Both the position numbers and the translations under genes were made by a program. From NCBI GenBank assembly GCA_030390025.1, contig CM059432.1:26910001-26974000 (forward strand): a stretch of DNA of 64,000 bases. Reading direction: 5' to 3'. The notes below the pieces were generated by a model. That model saw only the letters and a program-made list of their open reading frames with translations, was not told where the DNA came from and did no database searches. Shown here in pieces: positions 49,601-60,904 of the stretch. The DNA comes from Squalus acanthias. Taxonomy: Eukaryota. Within the stretch, counting starts at the first letter, position 1. Every line of letters begins with the position of its first letter.

Positions 49601-52600
49601 CCCGATCACCAGCCCTCCCGATCACCAGCCTCCCGATCACCAGCCTCCCGATCACCAACCCTCCCGATCAGCAACCCTCCCGATCACCAACCCTCCCGAT
49701 CACCAGCCTCCCGATCACCAACCCTCCCGATCACCAGCCTCCCGATCACCAGCCTCCCGATCACCAACCCTCCCGATCACCAGCCTCCCGATCACCAACC
49801 CTCCCGATCACCAGCCTCCCGATCACCAGCCTCCCGATCACCAACCCTCCCGATCACCAGCCTCCCGATCACCAGCCTCCCGATCACCAACCCTCCCGAT
49901 CACCAGCCTCCCGATCACCAACCCTCCCGATCACCAACCCTCCCGATCACCAACCCTCCCGATCACCAGCCTCCCGATCACCAGCCTCCCGATCACCAAC
50001 CCTCCCGATCACCAACCCTCCCGATCACCAACCCTCCCGATCACCAGCCTCCCGATCACCAACCCTCCTGATCACCAACCTCCCGATCACCGACCCTCCC
50101 GATCACCAACCCTCCCGATCACCGACCTCCCGATCACCAACCTCCCGATCACCGACCCTCCCCCGATCACCAACCCTCCCGATCACCAACCCTCCCGATC
50201 ACCAGCCTCCCGATCACCAACCCTCCCGATCACCAACCCTCCCGATCACCAACCCTCCCGATCACCGACCTCCCGATCACCAACCTCCCGATCACCGACC
50301 CTCCCCCGATCACCAACCCTCCCGATCACCAACCCTCCCGATCACCAACCCTCCCGATCACCAACCCTCCCGATCACCAACCCTCCCGATCACCAACCCT
50401 CCCGATCACCAACCCTCCCGATCACCAACCCTCCCGATCACCAGCCTCCCGATCACCAGCCTCCCGATCACCAACCCTCCCGATCACCAGCCTCCCCCGA
50501 TCACCAGCCTCCCCCGATCACCAGCCTCCCGATCACCAGCCTCCCGATCACCAACCCTCCCGATCACCAGCCTCCCCCGATCACCAGCCTCCCCCGATCA
50601 CCAGCCTCCCGATCACCAACCCTCCCGATCACCAACCCTCCCGATCACCAGCCTCCCCCGATCACCAACCTCCCGATCACCAGCCTCCCGATCACCAACC
50701 CTCCCGATCACCAGCCTCCCGATCACCAACCCTCCCGATCACCAACCCTCCCGATCACCAACCTCCCCCGATCACCAACCCTCCAGATCACCAACCTCCC
50801 GATCATCAGCCTCCCGATCACCGACCCTCCCGATCACCAACCCTCCAGATCACCAACCTCCCGATCACCAGTCTCCCGATCACCGACCCTCCCGATCACC
50901 AACCCTCCCGATCACCAACCTCCCGATCACCAACCCTCCCGATCACCAGTCTCCCGATCACCGACCCTCCCGATCACCGACCCTCCCGATCACCAACCCT
51001 CCCGATCACCAACCCTCCAGATCACCAACCTCCCGATCACCAGTCTCCCGATCACCAACCTCCCGATCACCAACCCTCCCGATCACCAACCCTCCAGATC
51101 ACCAACCTCCCGATCACCAACCTCCCCCGATCACCAGCCTCCCGATCACCAACCTCCCGATCACCAACCTCCAGATCACCAACCCTCCCGATCACCAACC
51201 CTCCCGATCACCAACCTCCCGATCACCAACCTCCCGATCACCAACCCTCCTGATCACCAACCCTCCTGATCACCAACCTCCCGATCACCAACCCTCCCGA
51301 TCACCAACCTCCCCCGATCACCAGCCTCCCGATCACCAACCCTCCCGATCACCAGACTCCCGATCACCGACCCTCCCGATCACCAGCCTCCCCCGATCAC
51401 CAGCCTCCCCCGATCACCAACCTCCCGATCACCGACCCTCCCGATCATCGACCCTCCCGATCACCAGCCTCCCGATCACCAGCCTCCCAATCACCAACCC
51501 TCCCGATCACCAACCCTCCCGATCACCGACCTCCCGATCACCAACCTCCCGATCACCGACCCTCCCCCGATCACCAACCCTCCCGATCACCAACCCTCCC
51601 GATCACCAGCCTCCCGATCACCAACCCTCCCGATCACCAACCCTCCCGATCACCAACCCTCCCGATCACCAACCCTCCCGATCACCAACCCTCCCGATCA
51701 CCAACCCTCCCGATCACCAACCCTCCCGATCACCGACCTCCCGATCACCAACCCTCCCGATCACCAACCCTCCCGATCACCAACCCTCCCGATCACCAAC
51801 CCTCCCGATCACCAGCCTCCCGATCACCAGCCTCCCGATCAGCAACCCTCCCGATCACCAACCCTCCCGATCACCAACCCTCCCGATCACCAGCCTCCCC
51901 CGATCACCAACCTCCCGATCACCAGCCTCCCGATCACCAACCTCCCGATCACCAACCCTCCCGATCACCAGCCTCCCGATCACCAACCCTCCCGATCACC
52001 AACCCTCCTGATCACCAACCCTCCCGATCACCAACCCTCCCGATCACCAACCCTCCCGATCACCAACCTCCCCAGATCACCAACCCTCCAGATCACCAAC
52101 CTCCCGATCATCAGCCTCCCGATCACCGACCCTCCCGATCACCAACCCTCCAGATCACCAACCTCCCGATCACCAGTCTCCCGATCACCGACCCTCCCGA
52201 TCACCAACCCTCCCGATCACCAACCTCCCGATCACCAACCCTCCCGATCACCAACCCTCCCGATCACCAGTCTCCCGATCAGCGACCCTCCCGATCACCG
52301 ACCCTCCCGATCACCAACCCTCCCGATCACCAACCCTCCAGATCACCAACCTCCCGATCACCAGTCTCCCGATCACCAACCTCCCGATCACCAACCCTCC
52401 CGATCACCAACCCTCCAGATCACCAACCTCCCGATCACCAACCCTCCCGATCACCAACCTCCCCCGATCACCAGCCTCCCGATCACCAGCCCTCCCGATC
52501 ACCAGCCTCCCGATCACCAACCCTCCCGATCACCAACCTCCCGATCACCAGCTCTCCCGATCACCAGCCTCCCGATCACCAGCCTCCCGATCACCAACCC

Positions 52601-55600
52601 TCCCGATCAGCAACCCTCCCGATCACCAACCCTCCCGATCACCAGCCTCCCGATCACCAACCCTCCCGATCACCGACCCTCCCGATCACCAACCCTCCCG
52701 ATCACCAACCCTCCAGATCACCAACCTCCCGATCACCAGCCTCCCGATCACCAACCCTCCCGATCACCAACCCTCCCGATCACCAACCCTCCCGATCACC
52801 AACCCTCCCGATCACCAACCTCCCCCGATCACCAACCCTCCAGATCACCAACCTCCCGATCATCAGCCTCCCGATCACCGACCCTCCCGATCACCAACCC
52901 TCCAGATCACCAACCTCCCGATCACCAGTCTCCCGATCACCGACCCTCCCGATCACCAACCCTCCCGATCACCAACCTCCCGATCACCAACCTCCCGATC
53001 ACCAACCCTCCCGATCACCAACCCTCCCGATCACCAGTCTCCCGATCAGCGACCCTCCCGATCACCGACCCTCCCGATCACCAACCCTCCCGATCACCAA
53101 CCCTCCAGATCACCAACCTCCCGATCACCAGTCTCCCGATCACCAACCTCCCGATCACCAACCCTCCCGATCACCAACCCTCCAGATCACCAACCTCCCG
53201 ATCACCAACCCTCCCGATCACCAACCTCCCCCGATCACCAGCCTCCCGATCACCAGCCCTCCCGATCACCAGCCTCCCGATCACCAACCCTCCCGATCAC
53301 CAACCTCCCGATCACCAGCCCTCCCGATCACCAGCCTCCCGATCACCAGCCTCCCGATCACCAACCCTCCCGATCAGCAACCCTCCCGATCACCAACCCT
53401 CCCGATCACCAGCCTCCCGATCACCAACCCTCCCGATCACCAGCCTCCCGATCACCAGCCTCCCGATCACCAACCCTCCCGATCACCAGCCTCCCGATCA
53501 CCAACCCTCCCGATCACCAGCCTCCCGATCACCAGCCTCCCGATCACCAACCCTCCCGATCACCAGCCTCCCGATCACCAGCCTCCCGATCACCAACCCT
53601 CCCGATCACCAGCCTCCCGATCACCAACCCTCCCGATCACCAACCCTCCCGATCACCAGCCTCCCGATCACCAGCCTCCCGATCACCAACCCTCCCGATC
53701 ACCAACCCTCCCGATCACCAACCCTCCCGATCACCAGCCTCCCGATCACCAACCCTCCTGATCACCAACCTCCCGATCACCGACCCTCCCGATCACCAAC
53801 CCTCCCGATCACCGACCTCCCGATCACCAACCTCCCGATCACCGACCCTCCCCCGATCACCAACCCTCCCGATCACCAACCCTCCCGATCACCAGCCTCC
53901 CGATCACCAACCCTCCCGATCACCAACCCTCCCGATCACCAACCCTCCCGATCACCGACCTCCCGATCACCAACCTCCCGATCACCGACCCTCCCCCGAT
54001 CACCAACCCTCCCGATCACCAACCCTCCCGATCACCAACCCTCCCGATCACCAACCCTCCCGATCACCAACCCTCCCGATCACCAACCCTCCCGATCACC
54101 AACCCTCCCGATCACCAACCCTCCCGATCACCAACCCTCCCGATCACCAACCCTCCCGATCACCAACCCTCCCGATCACCAGCCTCCCGATCACCAGCCT
54201 CCCGATCACCCCCCGATCACCAGCCTCCCCCGATCACCAGCCTCCCCCGATCACCAGCCTCCCGATCACCAGCCTCCCGATCACCAACCCTCCCGATCAC
54301 CAGCCTCCCCCGATCACCAGCCTCCCCCGATCACCAGCCTCCCGATCACCAACCCTCCCGATCACCAACCCTCCCGATCACCAGCCTCCCCCGATCACCA
54401 ACCTCCCGATCACCAGCCTCCCGATCACCAACCCTCCCGATCACCAGCCTCCCGATCACCAACCCTCCCGATCACCAACCCTCCCGATCACCAACCTCCC
54501 CCGATCACCAACCCTCCAGATCACCAACCTCCCGATCATCAGCCTCCCGATCACCGACCCTCCCGATCACCAACCCTCCAGATCACCAACCTCCCGATCA
54601 CCAGTCTCCCGATCACCGACCCTCCCGATCACCAACCCTCCCGATCACCAACCTCCCGATCACCAACCCTCCCGATCACCAGTCTCCCGATCACCGACCC
54701 TCCCGATCACCGACCCTCCCGATCACCAACCCTCCCGATCACCAACCCTCCAGATCACCAACCTCCCGATCACCAGTCTCCCGATCACCAACCTCCCGAT
54801 CACCAACCCTCCCGATCACCAACCCTCCAGATCACCAACCTCCCGATCACCAACCTCCCCCGATCACCAGCCTCCCGATCACCAACCTCCCGATCACCAA
54901 CCTCCAGATCACCAACCCTCCCGATCACCAACCCTCCCGATCACCAACCTCCCGATCACCAACCTCCCGATCACCAACCCTCCTGATCACCAACCCTCCT
55001 GATCACCAACCTCCCGATCACCAACCCTCCCGATCACCAACCTCCCCCGATCACCAGCCTCCCGATCACCAACCCTCCCGATCACCAGACTCCCGATCAC
55101 CGACCCTCCCGATCACCAGCCTCCCCCGATCACCAGCCTCCCCCGATCACCAACCTCCCGATCACCGACCCTCCCGATCATCGACCCTCCCGATCACCAG
55201 CCTCCCCCGATCACCAGCCTCCCGATCACCAACCCTCCCGATCACCAGCCTCCCCCGATCACCAGCCTCCCGATCACCAACTTTCCCGATCACCAGCCTC
55301 CCCCGATCACCAACCTCCCGATCACCAACCCTCCCGATCATCGACCCTCCCGATCACCAGCCTCCCCCGATCACCAGCCTCCCGATCACCAGCCCTCCCG
55401 ATCACCAGCCCTCCCGATCACCAGCCTCCCGATCACCAACCCTCCCGATCACCAGACTCCCGATCACCGACCCTCCCGATCACCGACCCTCCCGATCACC
55501 AACCCTCCCGATCATCGACCCTCCCGATCACCAGCCTCCCCCGATCACCAGCCTCCCGATCACCAACCCTCCCGATCACCAGCCTCCCCCGATCACCAGC

Positions 55601-58592
55601 CTCCCGATCACCAACTTTCCCGATCACCAGCCTCCCCCGATCACCAACCTCCCGATCACCAACCCTCCCGATCATCGACCCTCCCGATCACCAGCCTCCC
55701 CCGATCACCAGCCTCCCGATCACCAGCCCTCCCGATCACCAGCCCTCCCGATCACCAGCCTCCCGATCACCAACCCTCCCGATCACCAGACTCCCGATCA
55801 CCGACCCTCCCGAACACCGACCCTCCCGATCACCAACCCTCCCGATCACCAGCCTCCCCCGATCACCAGCCTCCCCCGATCACCAGCCTCCCGATCACCA
55901 ACCCTCCCGATCACCGACCCTCCCGATCACCAGCCTCCCCCGATCACCAGCCTCCCCCGATCACCAGCCTCCCGATCACCAGCCTCCCGATCACCAACCC
56001 TCCCGATCACCAACCTCCCCAGATCACCAGCCTCCCCCGATCACCAGCCTCCCCCGATCACCAGCCTCCCGATCACCAACCCTCCCGATCACCAACCCTC
56101 CCGATCACCAGCCTCCCCCGATCACCAACCTCCCGATCACCAGCCTCCCGATCACCAACCCTCCCGATCACCAGCCTCCCGATCACCAACCCTCCCGATC
56201 ACCAACCCTCCCGATCACCAACCTCCCCCGATCACCAACCCTCCAGATCACCAACCTCCCGATCATCAGCCTCCCGATCACCGACCCTCCCGATCACCAA
56301 CCCTCCAGATCACCAACCTCCCGATCACCAGTCTCCCGATCACCGACCCTCCCGATCACCAACCCTCCCGATCACCAACCTCCCGATCACCAACCCTCCC
56401 GATCACCAGTCTCCCGATCACCGACCCTCCCGATCACCGACCCTCCCGATCACCAACCCTCCCGATCACCAACCCTCCAGATCACCAACCTCCCGATCAC
56501 CAGTCTCCCGATCACCAACCTCCCGATCACCAACCCTCCCGATCACCAACCCTCCAGATCACCAACCTCCCGATCACCAACCTCCCCCGATCACCAGCCT
56601 CCCGATCACCAACCTCCCGATCACCAACCTCCAGATCACCAACCCTCCCGATCACCAACCCTCCCGATCACCAACCTCCCGATCACCAACCTCCCGATCA
56701 CCAACCCTCCTGATCACCAACCCTCCTGATCACCAACCTCCCGATCACCAACCCTCCCGATCACCAACCTCCCCCGATCACCAGCCTCCCGATCACCAAC
56801 CCTCCCGATCACCAGACTCCCGATCACCGACCCTCCCGATCACCAGCCTCCCCCGATCACCAGCCTCCCCCGATCACCAACCTCCCGATCACCGACCCTC
56901 CCGATCATCGACCCTCCCGATCACCAGCCTCCCCCGATCACCAGCCTCCCGATCACCAACCCTCCCGATCACCAGCCTCCCCCGATCACCAGCCTCCCGA
57001 TCACCAACTTTCCCGATCACCAGCCTCCCCCGATCACCAACCTCCCGATCACCAACCCTCCCGATCATCGACCCTCCCGATCACCAGCCTCCCCCGATCA
57101 CCAGCCTCCCGATCACCAGCCCTCCCGATCACCAGCCCTCCCGATCACCAGCCTCCCGATCACCAACCCTCCCGATCACCAGACTCCCGATCACCGACCC
57201 TCCCGATCACCGACCCTCCCGATCACCAACCCTCCCGATCATCGACCCTCCCGATCACCAGCCTCCCCCGATCACCAGCCTCCCGATCACCAACCCTCCC
57301 GATCACCAGCCTCCCCCGATCACCAGCCTCCCGATCACCAACTTTCCCGATCACCAGCCTCCCCCGATCACCAACCTCCCGATCACCAACCCTCCCGATC
57401 ATCGACCCTCCCGATCACCAGCCTCCCCCGATCACCAGCCTCCCGATCACCAGCCCTCCCGATCACCAGCCCTCCCGATCACCAGCCTCCCGATCACCAA
57501 CCCTCCCGATCACCAGACTCCCGATCACCGACCCTCCCGAACACCGACCCTCCCGATCACCAACCCTCCCGATCACCAGCCTCCCCCGATCACCAGCCTC
57601 CCCCGATCACCAGCCTCCCGATCACCAACCCTCCCGATCACCGACCCTCCCGATCACCAGCCTCCCCCGATCACCAGCCTCCCCCGATCACCAGCCTCCC
57701 GATCACCAGCCTCCCGATCACCAACCCTCCCGATCACCAACCTCCCCAGATCACCAGCCTCCCCCGATCACCAGCCTCCCCCGATCATCGACCCTCCCGA
57801 TCACCAGCCTCCCCCGATCACCAGCCTCCCCCGATCACCAGCCTCCCGATCACCGACCCTCCCGATCACCAACCCTCCTGATCACCAACCCTCCCGATCA
57901 CCAGCCTCCCCCGATCACCAACCTCCCGATCACCAACCCTCCCGATCATCGACCCTCCCGATCACCAGCCCTCCCGATCATCGACCCTCCCGATCACCAG
58001 CCTCCCCCGATCACCAGCCTCCCCCGATCACCAGCCTCCCGATCACCAACCCTCCCGATCACCGACCCTCCCGATCACCGACCCTCCCGATCACCAACCC
58101 TCCCGATCACCAACCCTCCTGATCACCAACCCTCCCGATCACCAGCCTCCCCCGATCACCAACCTCCCGATCACCAACCCTCCCGATCACCGACCCTCCC
58201 GATCACCGACCCTCCCGATCACCAGCCTCCCGATCACCAACCTCCTGATCACCAGCCTCCCGATCACCAGCCTCCCCCGATCACCGACCCTCCCGATCAC
58301 CAGCCTCCCCCAAGCCCTCGGATCAGCGGCCAGGAATCCCACAATAGGGCCTCGTCCTCACTTACTGGGAAATTGAAGTTGTGACGCCAATGATCCGCGT
58401 CTTTGGTATGCTAATTAGGCCCCCGCCTGCCTTTAGTGGGATCATTTTCCATGGTCTGGTTCTGCACATTGAATTTAAAGGGGTGGGAATGGGGTCAGGT
58501 TGCCCAATCTCAATATTTTAACCCCCCCCACCCACCCATCGGATCCTCTCCCTCCCGTCGGTAATGGGGGTGGGTGGGTTTAATCGAGGACA
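43644..58592. mobile_element. GC-rich MITE-like host element inflated by the satellite
   Basis: Imperfect termini TGCCCCGATATTTA / TTTAATCGAGGACA; ~275 and ~280 bp unique arms flank the array; no clear TSD. Confidence 0.5.
43919..58310 (+). repeat. ~14.4 kb tandem array of a 15-17 bp unit CCCGATCACC(AACCCT/AGCCT/AACCT/GACCCT)
   Basis: Directly visible; roughly 900 units (length divided by ~15.6). Confidence 0.99.
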
Positions 58593-58780
58593 CTGTTTCA
58601 GGCCATTTCTAATGAAAGGTCATTGACTGATCCATTAACTCTGTTTCTCTCTCCACAGATGCTGCCTGACCTGCTGAGTGTTTCCAGCATTTTCTATCTT
58701 TATTTCATAGTAACTTATAAACTAACATTTCAACACTAGGAAAAAGCGGAGATGGTTAAATGACTGAAGTGATCCTAACG

Positions 58781-59375
58781 TAACAACAACAACAACTTGT
58801 ATTTATATAGTGCCTTTAACGTAGTAAAAGGTCCCAAGGTGCTTCACAGGAGTACTGTAAGACAATAAAATTTGACACCGTGCCATATAAGGAGAAATTA
58901 GGCCAGGTGACCAAAAGCTTGGTCAAAGAGGTTTTAAGGAGTGTCTTAAAGGAGGAAAGAGAGGTAGAGAGGCAGAGAGGATTAGGGAGGGAATTCCAGA
59001 GTTTAGGGCCTAGGCAACAGAAGGCACGGCCGCCAATGGTTGAGCGATTATAATCAGGGATGCTCAAGAGGGCAGGATTAGAGGAGCGCAGATATCTCGG
59101 GAGGTTGTGGGGCTGGAGGAGATTACAGAGATTGGGAGGGGCGAGGCCATGGAGGGATTTGAAAACAAGGATGAGAATTTTGAAATTGAGGCACTGCTTA
59201 ACCGGGAGCCAATGTAGGTCAGCGAGCACAGGGGTGATGGGCGAACGGGACTTGGTGCGAGTTAGGACACAGGCAGCAGAGTTTTGGATGACCTCAAGTT
59301 TACAGAGGGTAGAATGTGGGAGGCCGGCCAGAAGTGCGTTGGAATAGTCAAGGGCAGAGACGGGCGATGTTACGC
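58781..59375 (-). mobile_element. L2 3' region
   Basis: LDYSNALLAGLP..LHWLPVKQ..FKILILVFKSL; (ACA)n end. Confidence 0.92.
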
Positions 59376-59962
59376 AGGTTACGATGTTACGTAAGACAAA
59401 AAGAGGTATGATGAGAGAAATTTCAGAAATGAAAGACAGATACAGAGAATAGGTAAAGTAGGATAGCTCAGTGGAAGAGACAGCATGAAAACCTAGCAAA
59501 TCGGAGCATGCTCCAGTGGCCCAAGAGTCTGGTGGAAGAAAATGGCAGGTCGGCACCAGAGATGCAGAACCCCATCGGTAGATTTACCAACCCTCTTGCA
59601 TTGCCTGGGAGTCTCCCGGGATGGATGATCGATCTCCTGGGTGCTGCCTCTGGCGACCCGGGAGAAAAGTATCTTTGTTTGCGCACTTCGCCCCTGCCCG
59701 CCTCCATGGCCCAGACCCTAAATTCCCTTCCCACACCATCCTGGCTGACTCCCAGGTGCTTGAGGTGATGCCCTTCTTCGGTTTCAGTCAATCAACCATT
59801 CATTCCATGCTGGAATTTCCTTGTGGCTGGTTAGCCTGCCTCCAGAAATGCTAACTTAAGTACCAGTTGAAGAAGAACAAAATGTGACTAAAGGCACTCA
59901 ACTACAGGGGGCTCAACCTTCATAATGTAAGTGCAATAGCATTTGCAAACTGCAGCGATATA

Positions 59963-60005
59963 GTGTCACGTGATCGAGTGTCACATGATCTGGTGTCACG
60001 TGATC
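59963..60005. promoter_or_regulatory. Triple E-box cluster with 15-bp period
   Basis: GTGTCACGTGATC, GTGTCACATGATC, GTGTCACGTGATC; function untested. Confidence 0.35.
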
Positions 60006-60159
60006 AGCCTTTCAGGAATGCTCAACCAGACTTGACAATGTTACCCACCGGCAGTGTACCGATGGGGGAATCCCCATTCTAAGATTCAACCCACTCTCTC
60101 CCCTATCCCCGGAAGTGCTGGCACATCCATGGTACATTACTGGCACCTACTGGGAACTG

Positions 60160-60760
60160 TGGTTAAGGTCTGAAGTTGTTAACATCAATGTTAAGGCCAG
60201 AGGCCGTAAAGTGTAGAGATGTGCAGTTCCTCGAGCTTGTGTTGAGCTTCATTGAATTAGTGTTGGAGGCCGAGGACAGAGTAGGAATGGGGCGGAGAAT
60301 TAAAGTGGCAATCGACAGGTAGCTCAGGGTTGTACTCATGGACATAATGGAGGCTGGACTAGGGTGACACGAACGGAATGCTGAAAGGGGAGGGGAAGAT
60401 GTGTTTGGTGGTGGAATCGTGTTGAAGGTAGCGAAAATGGCAGAAGATGATCTGTCGGATGCAAAGGCTGGGTGGAAAGTGAGGACAAGGTGGGGAGAAG
60501 GGTGAGGGCGGAAATATGGGAAATGGTACGGACTCAGTCGAGGGCCCTCTCTACTACGGTGGAAGGGAATCCTCAGCTGAGGAAAAAAAAGGACATTTCA
60601 GAGGCACTGGTGTGTAAGATGGCATCATTAGAGCAGAAACTGGGAGAAGGAAATGGAGTCCTTACAGGAACAGGGTAGGAAGAAGTCTTGGTAGTTGTGG
60701 GAGTCAGTGGGCTTATAATAGATGTCAAGTGGACAGCCTCTCCCCAGAGATGAAAATAGA
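60160..60760 (-). mobile_element. Penelope-like element fragment (internally deleted, C-terminal part)
   Basis: ~60475-60760 resembles ~18877-19200; C-terminus ..SGLNIDVNNFRP. Confidence 0.7.
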
Positions 60761-60904
60761 GTTCATACAATCATAGAAATTTAGGGCACGGAAGGAGGCC
60801 ATTCGACCTATTGTGTCTGTGCCGGCCGAAAAAGGGTTTTCCAGCCTAATCCTACTTTCCAGCTCTTTGTCCATAGCCTTGTGGGTTATGGCACTTCAAG
60901 TGCA

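Larger units (their letters stand above)
43541..58710. mobile_element. Inverted-repeat element (possibly Penelope-associated) whose arms enclose the MITE and satellite
   Basis: 43580-43643 and 58634-58697 are reverse complements at 60/64 nt. Confidence 0.75.

Noticed and set aside
43919..58310. CRISPR-like array
   Set aside because: Units are head-to-tail with no unique spacers, there are no cas genes, and the context is eukaryotic
43919..58310. Interstitial telomeric repeat (AACCCT is a rotation of CCCTAA)
   Set aside because: At most one hexamer per unit, absent from many variants and never tandem; compatible with chance
59395..59900. ORFs of 77-107 aa as a gene
   Set aside because: No recognisable domains; part resembles a decayed DNA-transposon end
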